NCBI GenBank assembly: GCA_965197745.1
Contig: CBDANS010000007.1
Span: forward strand, 1,216,001 to 1,280,000
Length of the DNA: 64,000 bases
DNA from: Opitutales bacterium
Lineage (GTDB): Bacteria > Verrucomicrobiota > Verrucomicrobiia > Opitutales > PNEW01
Reading direction: 5' to 3'
This document shows, in pieces, positions 51,387-60,001 of this stretch. Position numbers and translations under genes: made by a program. Numbering within the stretch: the first letter of the stretch is position 1; each line of letters opens with the position of its first letter. The notes beneath the pieces are model-generated. The model did no database searches. It saw only the letters and a list, made by a program, of their open reading frames with translations, and was not told where the DNA came from.

Positions 51387-52439
51387 ATGAGTAAACTTGA
51401 GGGCATATTTGTACCCAATATCGTTCCCTTTGACGAAAGTGGAAGAATAAATGAGGATGAATTGCGCCGCCAGACTAACTGGCTGATTGATAAAGGAGTC
51501 TCTGGGCTCTACCCCAATGGGAGTTCGGGTGAATTTATCCGGCTCAGTTTCGATGAGCGCAAGCGGATAATCGATATCATGAGCAGTGAAGTAAAGGGGC
51601 GTGTCCCTATCCTGGCAGGGGGAGCAGAAGCCAATCTGGACATGATCCTTGAAGCCTGTGAAACTTACGCTGATTACGGTTGCGCGGCTGTCTCTGTCAC
51701 CGGCCCCTACTACTACAAAGTCAGCCAGGAAAGTATTGAAGAACTCTTTCGGGAGATAGCGGCAAAATCACCGATTGGGATTGTTATGTATAATATCCCT
51801 CAGTTTTCCAATGAAATCAGCGTCCCCGTCGTCAAACGCCTGGCACTCGATTGCCCCAATATTATTGGGATTAAGGATAGCAGTCGAGACATGCCGCGGT
51901 TTATAAATACGCTTAATGAAATTAAACCTCAACGTCCTGATTTCAGCGTCCTTGTCGGGTGTGAGGAAATACTCTTCTCCACTCTTATGATGGGCGGTGA
52001 CGGAGGGACGATCGCTACCTCTGGGGTGGTCCCTGAAGCTGTAATGAAACTCTATAACTGCTTTCTCTCAAAAGAATGGGATGAAGCGAGGCGTATTCAG
52101 TTTAAGCTTTTAGATCTCATTAACACCATGCTTTATGCGCCTGATTTTCCCCATGGTTTTCGCGTTGGATACGAATTGAGAGGTTTCAATATGGGAGGAT
52201 CACGCTACGTGCTTTCTCCACGTGAGAAAGAGGAAATGGAAAATATCCGTTCAAAAGTCGCCTGCCTCCTTGCGGAGTGTGGATTTGAAGAAGCGGCTAG
52301 TAAATGTCAAACACCCCAATCGGACCTCGCGCGACCGTATCAAGGTAAAACATTAGCAGATAAACAATCCCCCTCGGGTAAGACCATTGACGTGGACAAA
52401 ATAGTGGACGAGGTGTTGCGCAGTCTGGGCAAGAAATAG
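51387..52439 (+). CDS. DapA/NanA (DHDPS)-family class I aldolase with a C-terminal BMC encapsulation-peptide-like tail
   Basis: NGSSGEF, PYYY, YNIP, GIKDSS Schiff-base Lys; extra linker followed by IDVDKIVDEVLRSLGKK. Confidence 0.88.
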   Translation: MSKLEGIFVPNIVPFDESGRINEDELRRQTNWLIDKGVSGLYPNGSSGEFIRLSFDERKRIIDIMSSEVKGRVPILAGGAEANLDMILEACETYADYGCAAVSVTGPYYYKVSQESIEELFREIAAKSPIGIVMYNIPQFSNEISVPVVKRLALDCPNIIGIKDSSRDMPRFINTLNEIKPQRPDFSVLVGCEEILFSTLMMGGDGGTIATSGVVPEAVMKLYNCFLSKEWDEARRIQFKLLDLINTMLYAPDFPHGFRVGYELRGFNMGGSRYVLSPREKEEMENIRSKVACLLAECGFEEAASKCQTPQSDLARPYQGKTLADKQSPSGKTIDVDKIVDEVLRSLGKK

Positions 52440-52462
52440 TTTCTCTCAAAGCAGATTCTCAG

Positions 52463-53104
52463 ATGGCTAAATCCTCTAAAGCGACCACTGCCCTGGGTTT
52501 TGCAGAGGTTCCCTTCTGGAGTATCAGCGCGGTCGTAGCGGATACTATGGTTAAAGAGGTCGGGGTCAAACTACTTGGTTTAGATACTACTACTCTTGAG
52601 AGTATATTAATTCGCGTTTCCGGTGAAGTATCTGATGTTAATGCCTCCCTGCAAACAGCTGTTGATTATGGGGATGTATTGGGGGTTAATGTGCTTACCG
52701 GGATCGTAACTTCCCCGGCAGAGGGATTTGAGGGGGCCGTCAATTATGCAAATAGCATCAACCCCCTCTATGGAGCGCGCGAACAGTTTTTACCAGACGA
52801 TTATAAATTAACACAGAAACAAAATATGAATGATAAACAACATGCATTAGGATTCCTCGAGACGCAGGGGCTGATCGCAGTATTGGAAGCGACAGATGCG
52901 ATGCTCAAAGCTGCTAATGTCACCCTTGTGGGGAAAGAGAAAATTGGAGCTGCTTACGTTACGGTGGTGATCAGGGGCGACGTTGCCGCGGTCACTGCGG
53001 CAGTAGAGGCAGGTAGAGAAGCGGCTAATGGATTAGGGAAAATTATCGCTTCGCATGTAATTGCGCGTCCCCATGCCGATCTCGCGGCGCTACTTCCTGC
53101 TTAA
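52463..53104 (+). CDS. Bacterial microcompartment shell protein with two BMC domains
   Basis: C-terminal canonical ALGFLETQG...DAMLKAANV...IRGDVAAV...HVIARPH; N-terminal divergent ALGFAEV...ADTMVK...SGEVSDV. Confidence 0.92.
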   Translation: MAKSSKATTALGFAEVPFWSISAVVADTMVKEVGVKLLGLDTTTLESILIRVSGEVSDVNASLQTAVDYGDVLGVNVLTGIVTSPAEGFEGAVNYANSINPLYGAREQFLPDDYKLTQKQNMNDKQHALGFLETQGLIAVLEATDAMLKAANVTLVGKEKIGAAYVTVVIRGDVAAVTAAVEAGREAANGLGKIIASHVIARPHADLAALLPA

Positions 53105-53214
53105 ACACTGAGTTCATACGATAAGCGTTTTTCTTATTGCGCGATAGGATCTCAGAATTCTATTTTCATCGATGCAGAGATATTCGGTTAGTTGATTCAG
53201 TTCAGGCTTATGAA

Positions 53215-54369
53215 ATGGCTAAGTATATTTTTGCAGCAACAGTCATTTGCGTTTATTGTGTATCTCATGGTTCAATGATAGAGTCGCATTCTATTAATCA
53301 GAAGGATCTTTTTGTGAGCGGTAGTGAAGGTTATCACACTTACCGCATCCCCGCCTTACTGGTATCAAAAAAAGGAACAGTGATGGCTTTTTGTGAAGGG
53401 CGCAAAACGGGACGAAGCGATACTGGAGATATTGATATGCTTGTCAAACGTTCTGAGGACGGTGGTAAAACCTGGAGTAAACAACAGGTGATCTGGGACG
53501 ACGCAGCAAATGTCTGTGGCAATCCCTGTCCGGTTTTAGATAAAGATACAGGAACCATCTGGCTCTTGATGACCTGGAATCTTGGGACAGATCGTGAGAG
53601 TGAGATCATCGCCCAGACAAGCGATGACACGCGTCGAATTTATGTTACATCCTCCAATGACGATGGTTTGACATGGGAAACGCCAAAGGAGATCACGGCG
53701 ACGGTTAAGGAACCCGGATGGACCTGGTATGCAACCGGGCCCTGTACGGGAATTCAGATTCAACAGGGAGAAAATAAAGGCCGCCTTATAATACCCTGTG
53801 ACCATATAGAAGCTGAGACAATGAAATACTATTCACATGTTATCTATTCGGACGATCATGGCGTGTCGTGGAAATTAGGGGGAACGACACCGGTTGATCA
53901 GGTGAATGAATGCCAGGCGGTGGAACTTGCGAACGGGAGTATTATGCTCAATATGCGTAATTACGATCGAAGCAAAAATTCGCGCGCCGTATCTAAAAGT
54001 GATGATGGCGGCATAACATGGGGTCGATTAAACCGAGACCCTGTACTTATTGAACCGATATGCCAGGCGAGTATTATTCGTTACACCCAGATCCCTCACC
54101 AGGAAAAAAACCGAATCCTTTTCAGTAATCCCGCCAGTAAAACAGATCGCGAGAGAATGACCGTCAGGCTCAGTTACGACGAGGGTAAATCTTGGGCAGT
54201 GTCAAAATTACTCCATGAGGGTCCCTCAGCTTATTCTGATCTGGCGATTTTACCTCAGGGTAAGATCGCCTGCTTATATGAAAGCGGGGAAACTCATCCC
54301 TATGAGAAAATCACTTTGGCCAGCTTTGATCTGTCTTGGTTGACGGATGGGGAGGATGTTCTCGAATAG
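53215..54369 (+). CDS. Exo-alpha-sialidase (GH33)
   Basis: YRIP motif; five Asp-boxes (SEDGGKTW, SNDDGLTW, SDDHGVSW, SDDGGITW, SYDEGKSW); NEC, NMR, SAYS; start uncertain (53137, 53215 or 53275). Confidence 0.9.
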   Translation: MAKYIFAATVICVYCVSHGSMIESHSINQKDLFVSGSEGYHTYRIPALLVSKKGTVMAFCEGRKTGRSDTGDIDMLVKRSEDGGKTWSKQQVIWDDAANVCGNPCPVLDKDTGTIWLLMTWNLGTDRESEIIAQTSDDTRRIYVTSSNDDGLTWETPKEITATVKEPGWTWYATGPCTGIQIQQGENKGRLIIPCDHIEAETMKYYSHVIYSDDHGVSWKLGGTTPVDQVNECQAVELANGSIMLNMRNYDRSKNSRAVSKSDDGGITWGRLNRDPVLIEPICQASIIRYTQIPHQEKNRILFSNPASKTDRERMTVRLSYDEGKSWAVSKLLHEGPSAYSDLAILPQGKIACLYESGETHPYEKITLASFDLSWLTDGEDVLE

Positions 54370-55405
54370 TGTCATGGCCAGGATCAAAGACCATCGTGAG
54401 TACCCACAAGGTAAAGTCCCTTTGATTGATGTCGAGGGGACTGCGTATGACTGCGGTGTCATGCTCGGATATGCCTGGCAGGAGTCTTTACAGTTTAGGG
54501 CAAGTCAGATTGTTCCCGGTTCGATTCCGTGGTGGAAAGATAACAAATTCAGTCGGCTCATAAAAAAATATATGCCGCATATTCCCGATGTATTTCTGGG
54601 GATGGCTAAAGGATCGGGGTTAAATGAAAATCAGATAGGAACTATCGGTCAGGTAGAAGATGACGGGTGCACTTCTTTCGCGATTCAACCTTCCGCGTCC
54701 CTCGACGGCATCCCTATCTCGGGACAATCTAAGGACACCGATGCCTTCCGCCAGTTTCAATTTCAGGTGTTGCGCATGAAAATGAGTAACGCGCCATCAG
54801 CATTAACGCTAACTTACCCGGGTTGGCTTTTCGGACACGGGTTTGTTGAAGGCCGTTGTTCAATATTTCGCAATGCCCTTTACGTTGACGATCCCAAGGG
54901 TGAGTTGCCCTATTCAGCCTGGGGATTGATTGCCTTGCACTGCTCTTGCGTGGAAGAGGTGATAGAAATAACTAAACAATATCGCGTTGAATTATGCGCT
55001 CACTGTACTGTTGCCGATGAGAAGGGTGGGGTTGCGGGAATTGAAATCACGCCCCATGGAATAGGTATTCTTAAACCCAAGCGTGGAATATATACCCATG
55101 CTAATTGTGTAGTCTCAAATAAACGCCTGGCGAAGACTGAAAAATTCGGACAGTTTACTCGTGAAAATTCGATTATGCGTGAGAATGCACTGCGCAAGAA
55201 TCTGGAACCCAACAGCGGTCGATTAACCGCGCAGTTAGCTTACTGCAGCTTTTGTGATTTCAACGACTTTCCCGACAGCATCGAACGCCATGTCGGAGAC
55301 ATCGGCCTTACTACCGCCGTCGTCATCGCCGAGCCAACCCTGGGTAAATTGCATGTCACCCGGGGCGCAGCTTCACGTAATTGGCCGGTAACTTACAGTT
55401 TGTAA
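54347..55405 (+). CDS. Peptidase C45 / acyl-CoA:6-APA acyltransferase-like Ntn hydrolase
   Basis: DGCTSFA autocleavage site, GQSKD, YTHAN; overlaps the sialidase stop. Confidence 0.82.
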   Translation: MGRMFSNSVMARIKDHREYPQGKVPLIDVEGTAYDCGVMLGYAWQESLQFRASQIVPGSIPWWKDNKFSRLIKKYMPHIPDVFLGMAKGSGLNENQIGTIGQVEDDGCTSFAIQPSASLDGIPISGQSKDTDAFRQFQFQVLRMKMSNAPSALTLTYPGWLFGHGFVEGRCSIFRNALYVDDPKGELPYSAWGLIALHCSCVEEVIEITKQYRVELCAHCTVADEKGGVAGIEITPHGIGILKPKRGIYTHANCVVSNKRLAKTEKFGQFTRENSIMRENALRKNLEPNSGRLTAQLAYCSFCDFNDFPDSIERHVGDIGLTTAVVIAEPTLGKLHVTRGAASRNWPVTYSL

Positions 55406-55445
55406 GCGGTGGGGGTTAAGAAGTGATCCGTTCATATTAAAGCTC

Positions 55446-55610
55446 CGTCTTCGTCAATTAATAACTATAAAATATAATTATACTTTTTTAGCGGCCACGA
55501 CGGAGCGTGGCCCTCCAGTAAAGAAGAAAAGGGAGGGCCACGCTCCGTCGTGGCCGCTCAAACCTATGAATCATTATATTAATGTGAATAACTGGCGGGA
55601 CGAAGAGTCA
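55446..55610. repeat. Second REPIN-like cassette with a perfect 27-bp inverted REP pair
   Basis: AGCGGCCACGACGGAGCGTGGCCCTCC (55490-55516) and its reverse complement (55532-55558), flanked by TCTTCGTC and GACGAAGA. Confidence 0.88.
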
Positions 55611-55650
55611 GTGGCTGGCTAAACTTTAAGGTATGATAATTGAAATAATA

Positions 55651-55856
55651 ATCTTCGTCTACGTCTGCCTCCTCGTCTTCGTCCGAGAATATAATCGACA
55701 AGATTAGTTATAAAAATTGCAACACAAGGTGGAGCGGGCTGTCCCAGCACGCTTTTTCAAATATAATTTAATCTAACGCGCTAGAAACAGCGCGTTCCAC
55801 CTATTATCGTTGTTAATAACAGGACGCAGACGAAGAGTCAGAGGCAGACGAAGAGG
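55651..55856. repeat. Third nested cassette: a different REP-like family inside GACGAA-type arms
   Basis: AGGTGGAGCGGGCTGTCCCAGCACGCT (55727-55753) and AACGCGCTAGAAACAGCGCGTTCCACCT (55775-55802); hexamer-repeat arms at 55652-55684 and 55822-55854. Confidence 0.75.
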
Positions 55857-55910
55857 ACTACTTGAACGAAGCTAATCGCCACGTATTCTGTCTACTCATC
55901 TCCCCCCTAC

Positions 55911-56939
55911 CTAGGCGTGAGCGGGGACGGTCTCTTTAACGAGTTCGACTAATTTATCCGCGTTGGGGAGATAAAAATTTTCCAATTCAGGTGAGAATGG
56001 CACCGGTGTGTGCGGAGGTGTAAGCATTTTTGGCGCTGCATTAAGACTGTCAAACGCCTTTGAGGAAGCGAGAGCGACAACATCCGTTGCAATGGAACAC
56101 CGTGGATTGTCTTCATCGACAACAATCAGATGCCCTGTTTTTCGCACTGAATTCAGAATCAATTCCTCGTCAAGCGGTGACATCGAACGGGGATCTACCA
56201 CTTCCACACTGATATCGTCCTGAGACAGTTTTTCGGCTGCTTCATAAGCGATAAGCACCATTTTAGAAAAAGCTACTATTGTTATATCGGTACCCTCGCG
56301 AACGACCTCTCCTTTTCCAATGGGGAGAAGATATTCTTCTTCGGGAACAGGTCCCTTGGTGTCATAGAGACCCTTGTGCTCGACAAAAATAACGAGATCG
56401 TCATCACGAATCGCGGATTTTAACAGGCCTTTAGCGTCATAGGGTGTTGATGGGGTAACCAGTTTTAACCCCGGAAGGTGTACGAGAAGTGAATGACAGG
56501 AATGTGAATGCTGGGCCGCGGCCTGAAAACCTCCCCCGATCATTGTTCGCATCACCATTGGGACCTTTGCTTTGCCCCCGAACATATAACGCATGGCCGA
56601 TGCCTGATTCATGATCTGATCAAGACAGAATCCAAGGAAATCGATAAACATTAATTCTACGATAGGTCGCATCCCGCTGGCCGCTGCACCCGCGGCGCAA
56701 CCGACAATGGCACCTTCAGTTATTGGAGTGTCTCGGACACGTGATTTCCCATATTTCCCAACCAGTCCCTTGGTAACACCGAACGGACCACCCCACGCAT
56801 CAAACTCATCTGGGGCTTCATTTTGCGCACCGCCCGCAATATCCTGTCCAAGGACAAAAACGCTTTCATCACGCGCCATTTCTTCATGCAACGCTTCATT
56901 GAGGGCTTGTCGGTATGTAACTTTTTTTCTATCGGCCAT
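55911..56939 (-). CDS. acoB: TPP-dependent dehydrogenase E1 beta subunit (AcoB-like)
   Basis: GQDIAGGA...DAWGGPFGVTKGL insertion typical of AcoB; DTPITE; AAQHS. Confidence 0.75.
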   Translation of the reverse strand: MADRKKVTYRQALNEALHEEMARDESVFVLGQDIAGGAQNEAPDEFDAWGGPFGVTKGLVGKYGKSRVRDTPITEGAIVGCAAGAAASGMRPIVELMFIDFLGFCLDQIMNQASAMRYMFGGKAKVPMVMRTMIGGGFQAAAQHSHSCHSLLVHLPGLKLVTPSTPYDAKGLLKSAIRDDDLVIFVEHKGLYDTKGPVPEEEYLLPIGKGEVVREGTDITIVAFSKMVLIAYEAAEKLSQDDISVEVVDPRSMSPLDEELILNSVRKTGHLIVVDEDNPRCSIATDVVALASSKAFDSLNAAPKMLTPPHTPVPFSPELENFYLPNADKLVELVKETVPAHA

Positions 56940-56957
56940 GACTTAATACTCCTAAAT

Positions 56958-57968
56958 TTAATAATTTACATAAACATCATTCAGACAGTCTTCGGGATCT
57001 GGAAAGGGAGAAGACCTGCCAAATTCGATTGCGTTTTTGATAGCATCCGCGACTTTTTCATCGATAGCTTTCATATCATCGGCAGTAACACCAATGGCCG
57101 GAGCGACATCATTGGCAAATAAGACCAGGGGGTCGCGTTTTCGCGCTTCGATGGCTTCGTTAGGATCTCGATACTTTAAGTTGTCTCCTTCATAGTGCCC
57201 ATAGAAGCGGGTCGTTTTACATTCAAGTAGAGAGGGTCCTTTCCCGACTCGGGCGCGTTCGGCAGCTTCTTTGGTCGCACGGTGAACAGCGATAATGTCC
57301 TGACCGTCAACAATAACTCCAGGAATATTATAGGACTTAGCACGTACTGCGAGGTCCTTAACATTCATTGCATAGGAAGTCGCTGTAGTCTGTGCATAGC
57401 CATTGTTTTCACAGACGAAAACACAGGGCAGATCCCAAATCGATGCAAGGTTCAGGGATTCGTGGAAGATGCCTTCGTTGGTTGCGCCGTCACCAAAAAA
57501 ACACACGGCGACCTGACCGCTGTTTCGCAATTGGGCGGATAGGGCCGCACCCACTGCAATCGGGGTGCTGCCGGCAACAATACCATTAGCGCCGAGCATC
57601 CCCTTAGAAAAGTCGGCGATATGCATCGACCCTCCCTTCCCTTTGCAAATACCCGTAGCACGTCCGTAGAGCTCAGCCATCATGCCATCTATGGAAACCC
57701 CTTTGGCAACGCAGTGTCCATGGCCGCGATGAGTGGAAGTGATATAATCGTCATCGTTAATTGCGGTCATTACACCGGAGGCCACGGCCTCTTCACCCAC
57801 GTAAACGTGGACGAAACCGGGGAGCTCTCCTGCCGCGTTCAGTTCGTGGACGGATTCGTCAAATTCGCGAACGCGTCGCATGTTTTCATACATCCTTAAT
57901 CCCAGTGCATGATCGATATCAGCAAATGCTGTGGTCTCTTTGGTTTTTTCAGTTGTTACCTCAGCCAT
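56958..57968 (-). CDS. acoA: TPP-dependent dehydrogenase E1 alpha subunit (AcoA-like)
   Basis: LPGFVHVYVGEEA, STHRGHGH, GKGGSMH, GDGATNEG, ENNGYA, FYGHYEGD. Confidence 0.75.
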   Translation of the reverse strand: MAEVTTEKTKETTAFADIDHALGLRMYENMRRVREFDESVHELNAAGELPGFVHVYVGEEAVASGVMTAINDDDYITSTHRGHGHCVAKGVSIDGMMAELYGRATGICKGKGGSMHIADFSKGMLGANGIVAGSTPIAVGAALSAQLRNSGQVAVCFFGDGATNEGIFHESLNLASIWDLPCVFVCENNGYAQTTATSYAMNVKDLAVRAKSYNIPGVIVDGQDIIAVHRATKEAAERARVGKGPSLLECKTTRFYGHYEGDNLKYRDPNEAIEARKRDPLVLFANDVAPAIGVTADDMKAIDEKVADAIKNAIEFGRSSPFPDPEDCLNDVYVNY

Positions 57969-57969
57969 T

Positions 57970-58983
57970 TTATTCGTCCTCCAATCCCAGGTTTTCTATT
58001 TTTTCAATTAAATCTTTCAGAAAAGCAGCTCCCGCAGCGCCATCTGCCACGCGATGGTCTAAAGTTAATCCCAATTCTATAAACGGGGCAAGGGCTATCT
58101 GACCATTTTCTCCAGAAACCGCCAATTGCTGAATGCGTCCCACGGAAAGGATGCCTGCTTGAGAGGGGTAGAGCAAAGCGGTAAAACGATCGATAGGAAA
58201 CATTCCCAGATTAGTAACGGTAAAGGTGCCGCCTTCCAGTTCATCCGTCAGGGCACTGCGCGAGCGCACCAGATCGACCAGATGATTCCTTTTCTCACCG
58301 ATTTGAGGGAGTGATAAGCCACAGGCCCCTTTGATTACAGGAATCATCAAGCCCTCATCCATGGCGATAGCGAGTCCGACGTTTGCCTTTGAATGGAGGC
58401 GCAGCCCCGCTTCTTCATAGGAGGAATTAATACGGGGATGTTCTTTTAAGGTACGAGAGACGCAGAAAATAACAGCATCATCATAGGCGATGGTTCTATC
58501 CAACTCGCGAAGCTCCATCATCCTTGAGGCCGAAGCACGGGAGAAAAGAGTAATTTGTGGGATAGCCGCTGATTGAGTGACAGTACGCGTAATTGCTTTA
58601 CGCATATCAGACCAGGATTCCAAACTGCCAGCATCGGGTTGAGTTTCACTTTTCTCGACGGGAGCCGTTACCGGAGATACAGCGCTTGCGACCTGGCTTC
58701 CTGATCCCCCAGTATCTTCAGTGGAGATATCGCTTTCCGATTCTCCGTCCGCAAGGATCCATGCGATTGTTTCGGCCACATCAACTTCATCACCTTCATT
58801 TGCCGTAATACGCACCAGCGTACCGTCCGCCGGTGAACTCAACTGATTAACAATTTTATCGGTTTCGATTTCCGCGATTTCCTGTTTTTTTTCAATCTTG
58901 TCACCTTCTTTAACGAGCCATGAGACAAGCGTCCCTTCAGTCATCGTCAAACCGAGTTTGGGCATTTTTACGGGAACCGGCAT
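57970..58983 (-). CDS. Dihydrolipoamide acyltransferase E2 (lipoyl plus catalytic domain)
   Basis: ETDK lipoyl Lys, GGTFTVTNLG, DHRVADG. Confidence 0.9.
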   Translation of the reverse strand: MPVPVKMPKLGLTMTEGTLVSWLVKEGDKIEKKQEIAEIETDKIVNQLSSPADGTLVRITANEGDEVDVAETIAWILADGESESDISTEDTGGSGSQVASAVSPVTAPVEKSETQPDAGSLESWSDMRKAITRTVTQSAAIPQITLFSRASASRMMELRELDRTIAYDDAVIFCVSRTLKEHPRINSSYEEAGLRLHSKANVGLAIAMDEGLMIPVIKGACGLSLPQIGEKRNHLVDLVRSRSALTDELEGGTFTVTNLGMFPIDRFTALLYPSQAGILSVGRIQQLAVSGENGQIALAPFIELGLTLDHRVADGAAGAAFLKDLIEKIENLGLEDE

Positions 58984-59097
58984 GGTCTTAAATTCGTTTA
59001 ATTATGTACCAGAAAAATGTGAATATTGTTAAAAGACAAATGAAATTTATCTCATGAGGTCTCTATTTACCTGGTTTAACTAACTGAGTTTTAAAGA

Positions 59098-59874
59098 TTA
59101 TATGCCTTTCGTAAGAAATCCCCCGTCAATGTAAAGATCCTGACCGGTAATATAACTGGATGCATCAGAAGCCAAAAAAATAACCAGCCCGGATAGATCG
59201 TCAAGCTGGCCCCAGCGGTTTAAAAAAGTCGTTTCGGCTCTCACTTTCCGTTTTTCGGGGTCATTCCATGATTTTTCGGAGATATTCGTTCTGAAATAGC
59301 CGGGCCCAATAGCATTGGCCCTAACCCCATAGCTGCCAAGATCCATCGCGAGCGATTTCGTTAATTGTTTGAGACCTCCCTTGGAAGCGACGTAAGCGGG
59401 ATTATTTGAGAACCCGCGTTCCGCGTTGATGCTTGTGATATTGATAATCGACCCTTTCTTCTGTTCTTTCATCATTTTGCCAAATCGCTTGCTTAATTGA
59501 AAAGGTACTTCGAGGTTTACTTTCATTGTCTTGTGCCACAATTCGTCGGGGTAGTCGAGAGCATCACGCTGAAAGGAAAGGCCCGCGCAATTTACTAAGA
59601 TATCGATTCTCTGATAAGTCACCTCAACATATTCGACCAGTTCTTCAATCTGTTTCAGATCAGTGAGGTCACAATATTTTTCATACGCATCCAACCCTTC
59701 GTTTTTATATTTTTCGATTATCTCCGTTAGACCTTCTTGATCCAAGTCAACAAGGACAACGGTAGCTCCAGCCTTAAGCAGGGCATCGGTTAAAGCGCCG
59801 CCTATTCCACCACAAGCGCCAGTAACAAGCGCAATTTTATCTTTCAGGGAGAATAAGGTTTCTATGTAGGACAT
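59098..59874 (-). CDS. SDR oxidoreductase (KduD/gluconate 5-dehydrogenase-like)
   Basis: TGACGGIG, NCAG, YVASKGG, NAIGPGYF. Confidence 0.88.
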   Translation of the reverse strand: MSYIETLFSLKDKIALVTGACGGIGGALTDALLKAGATVVLVDLDQEGLTEIIEKYKNEGLDAYEKYCDLTDLKQIEELVEYVEVTYQRIDILVNCAGLSFQRDALDYPDELWHKTMKVNLEVPFQLSKRFGKMMKEQKKGSIINITSINAERGFSNNPAYVASKGGLKQLTKSLAMDLGSYGVRANAIGPGYFRTNISEKSWNDPEKRKVRAETTFLNRWGQLDDLSGLVIFLASDASSYITGQDLYIDGGFLTKGI

Positions 59875-60001
59875 CAGGTTACCTGTCTTTTTTCTTGGGT
59901 GAATTTTAATTGGTGAAGCAAAAGATCATTTTATAAGTGCTTGACCTGTTAATTATATAAAAGAGATATTTCAAGGGTTTAATCTCTTCTATACTCAGGA
60001 C

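Noticed and set aside
51387..52439. Assigning the symbol dapA or nanA
   Set aside because: Family motifs are clear but specificity residues are not diagnostic (GSSGE, KDSS), so the substrate cannot be fixed from sequence.
51060..55900. GACGAAGA-type repeats as a CRISPR array
   Set aside because: The repeats are inverted, degenerate and irregularly spaced, with no constant repeat-spacer period and no cas genes.
55911..58983. Calling this the housekeeping pyruvate dehydrogenase
   Set aside because: The E1 beta insertion is AcoB-like, E2 is minimal and the context is accessory.
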